A stretch of DNA of 63,538 nucleotides, filler included, from Sphacelaria rigidula (taxonomy: Eukaryota), in NCBI GenBank assembly GCA_964200075.2. It is 3 parts of 3 records of this genome, joined end to end, with 100 filler letters (N's around TTAATTAATTAA, not from the genome) between each part and the next. Parts side by side here need not be neighbours in the genome. Positions count along the whole stretch, not along the records: positions 42,428 to 63,538 come from CAXNAA020000465.1; 2 more parts are not named here. One strand, given 5' to 3'. The translations under genes and the position numbers were made by a program. Below, piece after piece: positions 49,001 to 63,110 of the stretch; within the stretch, counting starts at the first letter, position 1, and every line of letters begins with the position of its first letter. Below the pieces are notes generated by a model. That model did not search any database. It worked only from the letters and a program-made list of their open reading frames with translations, and was not told the DNA's origin.

Positions 49001-52000
49001 GACAAGCGCAGGCACGTCATGAATACAATAGGAAAATGTTACCTTGAACGGACGAACGACAGAACATGACCATATAAGCAGAGGGAGAAGAATCACACGG
49101 AAACCGCGGCGGCTTCAAAAAAAAGTACAATTACGACTACGACTACGACTACGACTACGAGCCCTCATTCCGTCGGATCACGTTACTTGACACGTTTGCA
49201 TCGGGCGTGTACCGTAGATTTGCAGTGCGTTCTCCACTGGCATGAATCTGCACATACGGAATCCATATTTGTTTCATCCAACTAACTCAATGGTTGAAAA
49301 GCTGACCCTAACCCTAATACTCCACACTCAGCAAATATTTCATTTCACAAATAATCACAGGTGCGACCTCGGGCTGTTCACAGGCATCTCGTCTCGGACC
49401 CCGACATTCATCACATTTCATTCATGGTGCCCGTTGCTGTACGTACAACGGAGGCCGGGACAACCACGTCGACAATAGCCACTCACACAACAGAAATAAG
49501 GTGGAGCCTGGGCAGCGGCGATCATGTTCATCACACCAATATCGTGCCCGTTGATCAACGTAAATGCGCATGACCCTACTCGTATGAGATGTGCACTACA
49601 CTATGGGGGCTTGAACAGCACGTTCGTTGGATTATCCATCACCTTTGATTTGCAGCATCAGCCGCTTGACTTTCAGCGTCCTGCAGACCTTGTTGAGCCG
49701 TGGAGAGCTGACCACAAAACCATACAGGAGCCGCGAGAGGAGGACAAGAGTGACATCCAAGAAAACGAAGCAAAAACGGAACCAACCATTCGAAAGCAAA
49801 GGCAATGAACCAACTCTTGTTGCATTTCGGGCTATGCACGGGTGGGGGGCGTCAACACCGACACAGGGGAAAGAACCGATGGGAGAAACGACAACGGCAG
49901 TATACCAGACGCGTACAGTGAATACAACGGCAGTAGGAGGACGCTGTAGACAGGGGGGAATGCGGCCCGATATATACTTGCTTCAGTACCTTCTTTACGC
50001 GTACCAAATGCCCGCCGAACATTCCAAGATAGATACCAACACAACACTGCTATGGCCACAAGAAATAAACGACTCTTTCATACCCCCGACCGAAGCGCCA
50101 TGCTTGAATCTGAACCAGTACCTCCTGACGGAGAATCGAAGACTGTTCCTCGAGCAAGCGGCAACGGGTCTCAGCTTCTGCTACCTTTTTCTGCGAGACT
50201 TCTAGCAGCTCCGCGGTCGAGGCTTGCTCGGCCACTGCAGCGTCCTTTTCCTGTATCAGCATTCCGGATTTGACGGTGCGCCCGTGACAACACGATTTTA
50301 AAACGTGTCAGCTCTTGGCCAGTTCGTCACTTCCAAGGCTCATGGATATCATTTTCCCCATAATCTTCCGACCGTGCAACTGAACCTACGCAGAAAACTC
50401 CACACAGTGAAGGGGTGCCATGCCTGCTCCAAACACGACCCGCATAGGCGCGTGCTCAATATCACTCCACCCACGACATGCGAACGCCCTGTACACTAGT
50501 GTTTAGTGTCCAGCACAGCATAGCACACCACATCGATACATTACTCAAACGTATATTCCGTTGGTGTGACTTCGCGGCGAACACATGGTCTCATCATTTT
50601 GAGGGAAAGCTGGTGTTAGTGGTGTGAGATACTTGTACAGGTACAGATACAGACGACGTCAAACGAAAAATTGGAGGTTCATGCTGCCGGCAGGAAAACT
50701 ATATATAGATCAAGTCACACACGATAGAATTTCAACCGAAGATCGTCAATTTTCGTGTCCCCAAAAAACATGTCCCGCGAGCCTCAGCGGCTGCCGGCTC
50801 TCACCGACTTCATGGTACGCAGTCGGCTCGCCGCTTTCTTGTTTCTTTCCAACAGCGATGCCATTTTTTCTTCCGCAGCAGACAGCTTCGCCTGATACAT
50901 GACGGTAACGGTGGATGGCAACAGGAGAAAAACACAGAACCAGCGGCACAAACGTTCTTGCCACTCGCTCCAAACAGGGTCTTTGTGTCGTCATGTAGGA
51001 GTGACTATACCACGTCCTAGAACCGTCGTTTCAAAACAGCCCATCCCTGTTGCGTACGTCCAACTCGCCTCCAGTGACCGTGATGCGGGTTCAAGCGAAC
51101 GTGGTACTTATGACTCAAGGAGTGTGTGACAGGAGCACCTCCTCCAAACCGAACCACTGATGCACTCGATAAACAGGCTCATGCCGTTGATTTGTTAAAA
51201 AGGGGGCATGCTTCGAAATAAAGATATGTTCCTTCGCGCATCACGCTCAATGAGTCATGTGCAATCCATAGTGCCAGCGTGTAGACGACTCATGTCTCGT
51301 GCTCCCCATCCTCAACAAAAATATTGCTGACCTCAGACTCGGACACCGCTCTGGCGTTTTGCTCTCCCGTGGACGCGTCCGTGGCAGCTTTGGCACGAGC
51401 AGCCGTAAGAGCTTCCTGCGCCTGTGCCGCTTCAACCGTCACTTCTTCCAGCCTCTTTTCCAGCGAAACCTGTGTATGAGAGGGAGCGTGAGAGTGAGAG
51501 ACTACACAAATTCGGGCGAAAAGCATACAGCAAAATATATATATTGGGGTGAGGACGAATGTATGGCGGGGTGACTAGAGGTCAAGGGTATCAATATCAG
51601 GCATAGCCAGCATCGACCGTGTACGCAGCGAAGGGTAGTGGTGGGAACGGAAAGGTAGCACCCGTACCGTTTCACAAGTAGTCTCGCCCGTTTACATCGC
51701 TGCTTTTGCATCAATATATCTTACCCAACACCGTGTAGTGGACTAACCAATCGATGTCATCAGCCATTTGCGAGCAGCAATATGTGCCGCCTAGCACTGC
51801 TCGAACCAATCGTCCCGGTGGCTCAGTTGGTAACCTCGTAACCTTCCAAGAGTTGAGTAGTGTGGTTCGATTCCCGGAGCGATCTGTTATCTATTCTCAC
51901 ACCATTCCCGACAGTGGAGAGCGACCATGTCGTGAGTGCACAAATTCGGCTTAACGGTCGACGAGGGAAAGGGACTGCTGAAGCCCTCTCGCGATAAAAA

Positions 52001-55000
52001 GTAAAGGCAAGCACCGCAGAAGGAAGGTGGAGTACTAAAAACAAACAAAAAAATAAAAAGCTCCTGTGTTGACCTTCCTCTTATGTGACCCCGACTGATG
52101 CGCCCACATACACCGAAGGGTGTAGCCTGGCGCCCAGAATAAATGGGACAACATCCTAAGCCACCACCCCATACCTCTCTCGGCAAGCGGGGATTCATGT
52201 GTAGACAACCCTACGGCTCGTGACGTGAGTAGCTTTCATTTGACGACACGAAGAATCATGTCCGCTCTCAACCGAAAACTGCTCGTCTATCGCGTCAGCT
52301 CATGATGCTGCGTCATGTATAGAGCAAAACACAGCCATTGACGACCCTTTTACAAGCTGAGATCCGCAACGTGTCCACGAGAGCGAGCCTGGAGTATCCT
52401 ATAAGTTTCGAGAGCGAGGCGCTCGTTCGGATGTCATTTTCGCCATGCATCGTCAATAGCACAATAAAGTGCAACGCAGGAATTTCTTTTGTTTTGTAAT
52501 TTTGCATGTTGTGGCACACGGCACGTACAATTTACAAGCCTTACGTGCGTTCCACCCGCGACCACCCAACAAGACCCGGTGCTAATCCAGTCAGCGATGT
52601 CGAGTCGCTAGTCGTGTACCGGGGCCTGGATGGGTTGGTCCCTTGCGACAACAATCAACGGACTCATGCCAAGCAAGGGGAGAGGTCGAACGTGTGCCAA
52701 ACACGTACGCATACACACCAACACGCCACTAGGAAGGTAGATCTATTGAAAGAACCAAGGGTAGGTCGAGTAGAGTATACTCAATTGAGGGGTATTTTGA
52801 AAGTCGTACTTGAGCACACACACAAATTGGGGGTAGGGTTTTAGGGATCGCTTTCCAGTTATAGTTTGGGTACGACTCCCAACACTCTACCCTAATTTGG
52901 GTACCCCAAGTACGTCTTTCAAAATATCTCGCAATTGAGTATACTATACTCGACCTGCCCTTGGAAATAACCTGGACCAACCTTCGGAGTGCCTACTTTA
53001 TGTGCAAATCATGAATACTTGTAGGGATGTGATACCAAAGGTTCTATACCAGCTCATTGTTCGCTGTGGATCTCTCGCATCATTCGGCTTTCGCGTTCGA
53101 CGCCAGGCTCATATCGCGGGCCCGCCGCCCCGCTTCAGCAAATCTCACATTTTCCTCTCTCAAGGACTTCGCCAGACTCTCTTCCTCCGCTGCCCTAGCG
53201 ACCGCGAGTCGCCCCTTTTCCAGCTCCTGAGCGAGGGTATCCTCGACCGCTTTCAAGTAATCCCTGGACTTTTTAAGCGCTACCCTTTCCTCCGAAGAGC
53301 TCTTCTCCACCGATACGACCCTCTCCTGCGCTCCTGCAGCATCCGCGGTCGCCTTCTCCAGTCGAGCCTCGGCGGCTTCCTGAAGATGGGGAGGAGTTGC
53401 TTCGGGGTTCATGTACGCCACTATGGGCACCAGGGTTTGAGGAATTGAGGCGTATCCATACGTGGGGCGCGGTTGATGAACGTTAGTACCTCCATTATGC
53501 CAATCCTCCCTGGAGGTATAAATGTCGTTTTCTGGCAACACGCCCCGAAAACAAGCCCCCGATCCTTTTCACGTTCTTGTAAATCTTGACGTTACACAGC
53601 GCAATCCCGGCTTCGAAACAACCGAGCTCACCGTAGAATATGTACAAGTCGTTGATGCATTTGGCCCACCACTACCCACAACATTTCTACGGAGATTGCT
53701 TCAAGGCGTCGTTCATAATTCGAATATTGATTCATCGCTGAAAACACCTGAATGCACCATTCCAAACTCAACCATGCTCCTGACTTCGATTTTCCCTGTT
53801 ATATCGAACCGCTCAAGCAGGCAGCTCACATGCTTCTCGCGCAGTTGATCGGCGATGCCTTCCAACTCCAAGCGGCGTTCTTCGCTCCGGCCATTTTCCG
53901 CCTTCAAAGACTCCATCTCCGCCGACAGCATTTTCACTTCCTCCTCTCGTTCGTGGACAAGAACCTCTGAAGCTTTTAATTTGACCGTTAACGTCTCTAT
54001 ATCCGCTAGCAATTCTTTGTCCACCTGATTCGGGGGGCGAGGTAGGAGTGAACTGACAGTGTGGACACCAGGGCAATTGGAACTCTCGACTGAAAGCAGA
54101 GATGGAACACTCAAATACATATTCTTCAATTATTTCAGAAGTCCGTGTAATTAGTTGTAGGTCTTCGGAACTGCCTCCACTTCTGGAGAGGGCTTTTGCG
54201 TCGGATCCCCAGTAATTTTCTTGGATAGGCACAACTTCTTGCAGAGAGTATGGCCAAGCCTATTTCGAAATGGTCCCGAAAGCACGCAACACGGAATGTG
54301 GGGATACTCTTGAAATGATTAGGCGTTTGATATTTTTTCGCACACATACATTGATTATGGGCTCAAAGATCTTGCCGCAGGGTGCAGCCGCACAACTCCA
54401 CCGGTAGCACTCCCTCAACAAGCTCCCATAATCGTTAAGGGGAAGTCAAGGCCTGCCTAGTCACATAAGGCAAGTGATTAAATCCCTAGCCCCCAAGGAG
54501 CGTCTCAACAGCCCGGTGCCTTCGCCACACAGCGCGCCGCCACAGGCGAAGTATTGGATGCTCTTGGGAGAGGGTGGGGGGGTGCACTTGTTCTGCGTAA
54601 CGCATCGGTCCTTGATCCCGTTAGCAAGAGGCGCACCAAGAGGTGTGATGCGTCATTTGACGCGAGAACTTCAGTGCAAGAGAGATAACCTAGGCTCTCG
54701 TGGGGGCGCATCAAAAAACAGTATGACAGTGTCAATGCTCTCTCCCTCAAATCACAACCGTGTTCTCCAATGGTCATCGGGATTGCCTCGGGAAACGCAC
54801 CGTCCTGCAAAATGACAAGCGTCATTTGGGCACATGGTTGTGACCGCGACAGCGACGTGGACGGTTCGGCGGTCAGCCTACAATTGCAACAAACCCTGGT
54901 GAGTCAGTCAAGGCTCTCTGATAATCTCTGCTGGCAACTACTAGAACACGGACAGCTTGCACGTCCTGTGATTGACTGTGATGGCTCACCATCATGTGAA

Positions 55001-57807
55001 TATTGTAACTCTACATTTCGGGACTTGCCTGCAGCGCCTCTGCCCTGGCCGACTCGGGAGCTGCCGCCTCAACATCATCCGTCACAGTTGACGCATCTCG
55101 CTGAATGGACAACGGCACATCATCTGTGACCATAGGGGGAGAGGACCCTGCGGGGGCATCTTCTGACGCTTCGGCAGTGACCTCGGGTTCCTTGACTCCT
55201 TCGGGCGCTCCATCGGCTGCGGCGGCTTGTTCCTCTGCTTTTTGCTTCGCGTGCTGGAGGAACAAGGACGGGGGGCATCAAATACTCTGTATAGCACCGC
55301 AACGAACGGCTCGTCTTGACATGCAAGGGGAGGAACGATTAAGGAGTCAATCTTGTTTTGCTTAAATTCCTTTGAATTTGTCTCGTTCAGCATCTGCTCC
55401 ATGTGAGTTTTGCACACGTCGTTAACGATTGTGTTGTTCGATGCTGCTGTTTCGGCGCTCGTACGATGAACAAGGGTAAATGCTAACGTGGAGCAACCGT
55501 CGAAGGCACACCTTCACTGTTGACTGTTTGCGCCTGAAATTTCCACAAAATAGTTTCTGTACTGTAATCTGTATGGAGAATCGGGAAATGCTACTGAGAT
55601 ACAAAACAGCCTAGAGGTACGATGCGAGAAACTGTCCGCGTGACATCGGTGGAGTGTTGAATGCAGCGTCCTCTTGCGCACTAAAAATCAGCACTGAACA
55701 ACACCACTGCTACTTTTCAGTGTCTTCCCGCTCCACGGGGATGTATACTTGAATCACAGCGAAACTGCCTTCGGGAGGGTAGTTCGTATAAGAAAACATC
55801 GCCATCTGAACGCCACGACACGGAGTGCATTTTCCCACGTATTCATACATGCTTCAAAAACTTTTTGGGGCGCTCCTAGGCTACCTTGAAGCGGGTACAA
55901 CCGATGCCAGTTAGCGCTCGCGTACTGCAGCTTGCAAGTTGAATAGCGCCGTGTCGAGCAGCCCATCATACCGTCATGGACCAGTGTAGGCAGAGTGGAG
56001 TAACCCTTGACCGAGGGTTCACGGCCCCCGCCTTTGGTGGGAGCAGATTCATGTTCAGACTTGAGTTCGGTAAGTCTGTACTAATATGAGTATCGATGAC
56101 AATACAGCAACATGAAATGACAAAACAGGTCTCCGTTTGTATGTGACGATACCATCAGGGCCACGAAGCGCACTACTAATATCGCACCTCGAGGGCGGAC
56201 GCCATTTCAGCAAGTTTGGTCTCCAGGTCCTGCGTGTTCGCCTCCATTTCGTCAGTCCTGATGAATACACACAACACAAGACACGCCAGGAAATGCAAAA
56301 CCTCACGTCAGCATTCAGTGCCCCGTGTGCTGATTGGCGGGAGAGTGTGGTGGTGATGGTTCTTGTCTTCAAAGTCTTCCTGGATACAGCTCAACGCGTA
56401 TGAGACATTTACCCCCGTTGCAAATTCTTCGCACGTACCACATGTGCCACCTGATCTGCGCTTGCAACGATGTTTTGGTACCTCACTTACGCAATGCGAG
56501 ATAACCAGCTCGTTGTGTCGTGTGTTGTGTGTTTGTGTGTGTGTATGTTGTTATTGCTATGTTGCTGTCGCTGCTTCCTCTCTTCTCTATTTCATGTGGT
56601 TGTTGCTTGTGCCTCTTTCTGTTCCTTTTTTTCTTCCTGATTGATTTGTTTTTTTTTATTGTTCGTGACCACGGGTTGTTTTGTTGCAATCAGGTAATGA
56701 GAGATATTCAGTCAATCAATCAATGCCCATATTTCTCGTGATTCGTGTCGATATGCTACCATAACGCGTGAAACCCACAGTTGATTAAAAAAATGACGTG
56801 TACGATAATACCACGACCCTTACCCTCACGCTACACTAACCATGTCTCGAAAACGAAGGGGGACACCAAGGTCGACATGGAAAGGAACGCAACGAGGCGA
56901 AATGACGAGGAAAAAAATACAACGCCGGCAGATGAATGTTGAAATGCTATACTGTACCTCATGATGCACAATAATCTCCATCATCGGCAAAACGCTGAGC
57001 ACAACGCGACCGAAACGAAAGACTTGCGAGACTTGATGGGCTTACACAGATACAAAACGCTCGATTCCATGCTTTGACTTAATAAAAGACCTAACCCCAA
57101 ACCTAACCCAAGAGAGTGATCACACGAAATATTACTAGACAACACCCATCCTTCATCTGTGTTGTCGTGGATGTGTGCTGTCGTCTCATCTATTATGGAC
57201 GCCAGGCTACACCTTTCGGTGTATGTGGGCGCACCAGCCGGGGTTCCACAGGAGGAAGGTCAACACAGGAGCTTTTTCCTTTTCATTTGTTATTCTTTTT
57301 TATTTATTTTTAGTACCCCACCTTCCTTCCGCGGTGCTTGCCTTGATTTTTATCGCGAGAGGGGTTCAGCAGTCCCCTTCCCTCGTCGACCGTTAGGTCG
57401 ATTTTTGTGTACTCATGACATAGTCGCTCTCCACTGTTGAACATGATGTGAGAAAAAATCGCTTGGAGATTTGACTCCATGACCCAACCGTGAGAAGGTT
57501 TCGAGGTTACCAACTGAACCACCGAGGCGACCGCCTTATCCGTACCCTCGTGATATGACAAATATTTCCAGACAATAACTACAACTCACCGTCGACGCAG
57601 CCCCGCAGCTTCGTGTTGCAACGCTAACTTGTCACTCTCAACCTTTTCCAACTGCTGCACACGAGCGTGGAGGGCGCCGCGTGCCAAATTTGACTCTTCC
57701 AAATTAGCGGTGCAACTCGCCAACTCCGCCGTACGTGTCTCTATTTGAGCGAGAAAGTCATTTCGCGCCGAGGTAAGCTCCGCCACGGCTGCCGCTTGCT
57801 CTTCTGC
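43012..57807 (-). CDS. Partial multi-exon gene (both ends missing) for a long coiled-coil protein (golgin-like), 716 aa recovered
   Basis: Fifteen phase-consistent exons: 57807-57590, 56257-56188, 55253-55029 (GC donor CAG|GCAAGT), 54024-53830, 53379-53149, 51469-51332, 50891-50805, 50250-50122, 49707-49643, 48803-48617, 46066-45962, 45403-45308, 44633-44496, 44192-43986, 43068-43012. All have YAG acceptors, no in-frame stops, and E/K/A/L-rich heptad character. Confidence 0.85.
46339..46608. mobile_element. Diverged hairpin MITE (intronic)
   Basis: GGCCCATTCGTCGGCCA..AGAGTTGGAGCCTAAACTTTGG pairs with CCAAATTTTGGGCTCCAACTTT..TGACCGGCGAATGGACC. Confidence 0.6.
46834..47179. repeat. 346-bp loop-less imperfect palindrome (intronic)
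   Basis: Symmetric about TTTTGG|CCAAAA at 47006/47007. Arms are 173 bp each, TCATGTATCGA ... TCGATACATGA. Confidence 0.9.
49131..49160. repeat. (TACGAC)n hexamer microsatellite
   Basis: About five tandem units. Confidence 0.85.
51809..52153 (+). mobile_element. tRNA-derived SINE, family 1, copy D
   Basis: CCCGGTGGCTCAGTTGG (box A), GGTTCGATTCC (canonical box B) and the shared body. Confidence 0.82.
52756..52963. mobile_element. Complete 208-bp hAT-type MITE
   Basis: ~57-bp TIRs (CAAGGGTAGGTCGAGTAGAGTATACTCAATTG... / ...CAATTGAGTATACTATACTCGACCTGCCCTTG). 8-bp TSD GAAAGAAC/GAAATAAC (7 of 8 match). Confidence 0.88.
57158..57533 (-). mobile_element. tRNA-derived SINE, family 1, copy E
   Basis: Same body. 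The head on the reverse strand corresponds to plus-strand CCAACTGAACCACCGAGGCGACCG. Confidence 0.8.
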
Positions 57808-59079
57808 CTGCGACTGTCCGAACACAATGACCATCAAAACAACCAAGGCAACAGTGAGGGGAGAAAATATACAAGGAACAACGACGATGCTGCGCCGCAC
57901 CAACAATCGGTTCATGTCCATTATTTTCCCTTGTCTTGTTGAGACAGACTCCATGCGGTACGGTGGATGTTAGCATTCTCGCTCGGTTTACGCTGTTGAA
58001 CCCGGGCGAATCTAGAGCAAACAAGAAAATGTGGTCGAGTGGTTGGTGTTACGAACTAGGGGCGAGAAGAACATACTGCGCCTGGTGGCCCGGGCCGTAC
58101 CGTTCCAACAAACTCAATGATTGGATGACTAGTTTTGTGCCAACCCGTTACAAACTGGGGCAGCACTGTTTATTCCACAGGGCAAACTCGTCCCCTAAAC
58201 TATTTTCGACTTCTCCCGTGCTTCGCAAGTACCTGGACATTCCAGAAGATTTGGCTAGTCTACAATATCGCCATCTTCCATGGGACTGTCAAGTCTTGTT
58301 GCAGGCAGCTAAAACGGTGAACGTGTCTTGATACAATTTTCACTCAAGGTATTGCGCTCGACCCGGACTCGGTCCCCATTTCGACCTTCGCCACTTTTGA
58401 CCCAATACGTTTTGAACACCATTCAATGCCCCTTGATAGTATGAATATGAGTACTTTTCTCAAGAAGTTTCTTTTCAAGATCACTGTGCCAACAGCGCTA
58501 CAGTAGTGGGCGGTCTAACCAAACATTTTGAGACATTTTGTGATTTTTCGTAATTGGCGATTTTCTCGGGCTGTTTTCGCTTGCCACCGCCTGTCACATT
58601 GAGGATGTGAAGATATTTGTATCCGCTCCTCAATACAAGAAAAATACTAATCTGTACTCAATATCGAGTGACTTCCGGGCTGACCGATAATCGGGGGTCC
58701 TGCGACGTTTCAGCCCAGATTCTTACTTCTCGGTATTTTCGGTTTATCTAGCCTGTCCCCATCATATTTCTGAAAAAATGTACACTTTGATTTCTTCGAA
58801 ATTTTGCCTTCTTATTGCACTAGAGCTGAAAAAATGTGTTTCACGTTCAATAACACCCTCCTGATGAACGGGGTATTTACTCATTTCTCCCGGTAACACC
58901 AACTAGCACTGACATGGGCTGTGTTTTGAGGATGATCTGTTCATTGTACCAAAATCTACCGACGCTAGCAATTTCGAGTCCTATCTCAGAGTAGTGCGCG
59001 AGGAAAACCCCCAAACCCCGCTGAATAGTTAGACCGCCCACTACTGTAAGCGAACAACCATGTTTTTGCCTTGATTCGA

Positions 59080-62000
59080 GGTGATGAAATGAGCAGTGGA
59101 AGTCACGTCCGCTCTGCGCTGTGGGACCAAAGACTTATTGCAAGCCGCTGAATAGGTATCCACGGAATCGACGGGCATTAGGCCCACCAAATAGGAATTG
59201 ATCACAGCTAACTCAAAGTCGAACCGTGCAACGTCCCGGTCAAAGGCATACACCGTCATCAGGCATATAACATTCCTGGTGGGTACTATCGATGGGAAGA
59301 TAGGAAAGACGGAAAATCTATCGAGTGGAATTGGAATTACACCGCAGCCTATTATTTTGCCCCATATATTTTGCTTCGTGCAGCTTTTGCAAGGCCAAGG
59401 TCCGGACCCCTGGACTAAAGACATGGCCATCGCCGACACGTTGCCATGACAGCTCTGGCATCCGGTGAAGGTATCATCGACATTATTATTATTTTCATCA
59501 TTACTTCCGCACACAAGTCCGATCTCGCGAACCCGTGGTCATAGACATGAGCTCGCCTTAGCGATACCGTTTCCTGCTATTCCTTTCAAGAAACATTGTC
59601 AAGACGACATACCACCTCGTTTATGCTGGACACCCCGTCGACAATTTTTTCGAGTGAACATGGACAGGCATTTTTTTTCCTCACACTTTGAACCCCTCCT
59701 CTTCCTCGGGATGAGTAGTCTCAAAGGATCAACCCATCTCTCCCACGGTACGCGCCCTTCGTTTCGGTCTCGCGGATTGGGTCAGCACTACCGCACCGCG
59801 TCCACTCACGTCACACAAACCCTGTCGACTACTTTGTTTACTTACGTTCTCAGGCTTTCCACGGTGGAAATCATACATTACGAAGAAAAAAGTCAACGCA
59901 TCGGGAATCGAACCCCCGTAATCTCCACCTTAGTGGCGACAGTCGGACCATTACACCACCGGGGCGCATCCAGGAGAAGGAAGCGTGTTGCCCCGTCACA
60001 GCATATGCAGTAGTATCGCCGAGCTCAATCATCAACAACGAGTATCTCGGCAAAACAAAGCATACTGAATAATCATCGCTGCAGTCGTAACCCCAACGGT
60101 CAAACACCTGCCTGTCGGTAGCACCTGTGCCGCTGCTGCTTTACTGCTGATGTGACAAAATGTGTGCGCTAGATTGATGCCGACGACTACGAGTACGGCG
60201 TGGGTGTTTGTGTATTGCATCTCCGCTATCAAGAAGATAGTGTACAGTGGGTATTCAACATTTGACTGCAACGGTTGGTCATCTGGGTCATGCATCATTT
60301 TTACATGTGGAAACTGATGCCGATTCAACAGCTGACCTATGCTTACAGTAAAAAAGATTAGTAGCTCAAGCCAAGGCAAGATGTGGACTTGGTCGAATCG
60401 GATTATGTTCGCGTGTGTGCGTTGTTCACGTCTACGCGTTTGAGGCAAAAACCAATCGGGTGGACGTTGATCTCACAGTTGGGGAAAGCGATTATTTGTA
60501 CTGAGTTGACCACTTGACGTCGAGCATGGGTCATGTGTTGGGTCGGTTACAACACTCGAGTAAAGTACGCATGATCCAGATGACCTACCCTCTGTCATAA
60601 ATGGTCTGTATTTTCGAGTGACATCTCGCACGTTGGGTTCTGCACCATCTCGAGTGGACGAAGACTCGAACCAGAAGTGACAGGTGGACAGGACACATCT
60701 GCGGCCTCTGGTGAGGCTCTGATCGTAAGATCACCCCATCCGTCGTTGGAGTGCCTCATGTAGTTTTGCACATATGATGGGGAAATCGCAAATTTCGACC
60801 CCACGCTAGCCGAGACGTCAACATCCTTCGTCATTTTTTTCATCATCCACGTGCGCGAAACACGGCTACTGTACGCATTAGCCATTGCAGCGTAAGCTGG
60901 ACTCTGAACGCGCGTAGGGCAGCCTTATTTTGTGCACGTCAAGTGACGCAACGCAATAGCAAAAACCGGCACATGGACCCATCTGTTGTTGGTTCGGACC
61001 CGTGTTTCATTCCAGAGAAGATCCGTTTCTTGACATATGGAATAGCAATGGACCCGTGAGGGTCTGCTTCAGCAGGCGGGGAACAGGGAAAAGTGGGTGT
61101 TGAAAGGGAGCAATATTATTGCTCGACACCGGCTACTCGATGCGTTGTGCAGGGGGGAAGTATGAAACATACAAACACAGGAAGCAGGTTACCGCAGACA
61201 TTTCCCAGCACCTCCGTGTTATTGCAGTAGGGTGGGATTTAACATCAAATAAGCTCAAAACGACTCCTCTGTGGACAGCTGCCGTAACCCGGATGCCAAA
61301 GGTCCTCGCACAGCTGCGAGTGATACTGTTGGGGCCGGCCGTAGTGTTGTAGAGGAGTTCCCGCATGACGCATGACATGCAACAAAAGTAGCATAAATGC
61401 ATCATGCCGTTTACAGGAAGTAGCTTACCTTATAATTTTTGGAGGGAAAACAACCTGAAATAGCGTTGTACAACAGCAATCAGTGTTGCGCAAAAAACAA
61501 ATCGGGACAGAGTTGACCGCTTTTCTCATAGTGCGCACTGCTGTAGCGCGCAGCACCAGATAGTGATGTGGAACTGTTGACTGGTTCTCATAACATATGA
61601 CCGAAGTTACAGCATCTTTCAGCGTCTACAGTGCGCGTAGGGCCGTGCGTCATGAACTGCGCACCTCTGCAGTTAATATGCCGACGGGTACACTACCGAT
61701 GGTCATGATCCATGAAGGGCCGCAGTGCAGACCGGTGTCAGTTTGCTACAATATCGGCCGCCCAGCCGCGCAAGATGTCGGAGTTAGTGCACCTGTGCGT
61801 GCATATATGCATCCATCTCCAGTGCACGACGTCTGGACTGCGGGATAGCCGCTTTGAGGGCGCATTGACGGCATTCCCCGAAAATGCTTGTGGCCATGTT
61901 CGTAATTTGTGCGGGGCCCAATCGTGCGGGCGCTTGGCGCATTTGTTGCCTGTGATGTGTCCGACTCGTGGACAAGTAAGATGACGGAACGCGAAGTCGC

Positions 62001-62480
62001 AGGCGAGAAATCCACAACGGAAATTACTCTGAAAATTCGGAGTTCACCGTAGGAAAGTATCCTAATAAACACGAGATTCGATTGCACCCTGGTTAGGCCG
62101 CATGTCAGACGCGGTTACGCAGTATTGCGGTACCGTACTGTCAAATCCAGTACAGACAGTACCTTGCATCAGCAATTTTACTGCACTTTATGATGGTCGA
62201 GACAGAGTTCTCAAATTTCAAAGCCACCAGCTGCGCCGCCAGATATGCATGCAGACGATCATGCCGTGCTCATTTGTGCTGAAAGGAGATGCTTTTTTTC
62301 AGACGGATCGCGAACTCCATATAGTATATACTACACCCTTGGTATGGTGACGGGAGGGAACGCGAACCGTGGCCGCCAACTACGGGCGTACCATGGGGCT
62401 CGCTAGGCACCCGTCCTGAGCTACACCATGCATACCACCGAACGCGGGACATAATCGCGTTTTTAGCCTGCAGCTTGCGC
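59080..62480 (-). pseudogene. Decayed piggyBac-type transposase relic
   Basis: Minus-strand fragments in piggyBac order: IMSRVRW (cf. MSRNRF), EHGMI, RYCLYWI*QYG, RVISVVDFSPATS..ARTIGPR (cf. DNFFTS..GTIR), PSYVQNYMRH..GWGDL (cf. P..V..YN.HMGGVD) and FELAVINSYLV. Interrupted by a SINE. Confidence 0.6.
59640..59966 (-). mobile_element. tRNA-derived SINE, family 2
   Basis: Reverse complement CGCCCCGGTGGTGTAATGG (box A) ... GGGTTCGATTCCC (box B). The 3' part resembles 36128-36230. Confidence 0.75.
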
Positions 62481-62672
62481 CGACGATCCAGCCTTGAACA
62501 TAGCTTTTTACATATACCGCGTGTTGGGTCGTAGGTCCTTCCCAAGGAGCTCCTGGCTCGTGTGGAATAAACCTACTTCGGGGATGCTCTGAGCTGATAT
62601 TTTATATCATTACTCTTGTACGCGAAAACCCGCGTACACAGGCTGGGTCGCCCAAGACGCGGACAGGGATGT

Positions 62673-62964
62673 GAACACGCGATGTAACAGCTGAGTTTCA
62701 GGTTGTTTTCTATGCAATTTTGATACGATGTACAGGATGTATGTATCAAGACGCTACTTTCCCCCCCATATATTATTTTTTTTCTAGAAGTTCTTCACGA
62801 TTTTGTTCCGAAAAAATGTTCTGAAATGTTTGATCGCCGATAACTCACGGGAAAAAATGAAATGTAGAGAGGGAAAAACGTGGCGTCTTCGCACATACAT
62901 CATGTACATCGTGTCAGAATTTTATTGAAAACGACTTGAAACTCAGCTGTTAAATCGCGTGTTC
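62673..62964. mobile_element. Hairpin MITE
   Basis: GAACACGCGATGTAACAGCTGAGTTTCAGGTTGTTTTC pairs with GAAAACGACTTGAAACTCAGCTGTTAAATCGCGTGTTC, and pairing continues inward. Confidence 0.7.
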
Positions 62965-63110
62965 GTTTCCAAGACTGGTTCCTATGTGGAGATGAACCTG
63001 TCACGAAAAGATAAAACGCGGTTATGATGTTGAATTTCAATTACTTTTTCACGAAATTTCGACACGATGCGCATGAGGCATGTTTTGAACTTCCTTTCGT
63101 TCCCCCTCAA

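Noticed and set aside
51809-51885. tRNA gene candidates (box A/B; also 14720-14801, 39110-39188, 59895-59966)
   Set aside because: No convincing cloverleaf or acceptor stem. Most heads are fused to a repeated body, so they are SINEs.
53080-53148. Apparent premature TGA in the coiled-coil gene
   Set aside because: It lies in the intron after the AAT|GTGAGA donor at 53149/53148.
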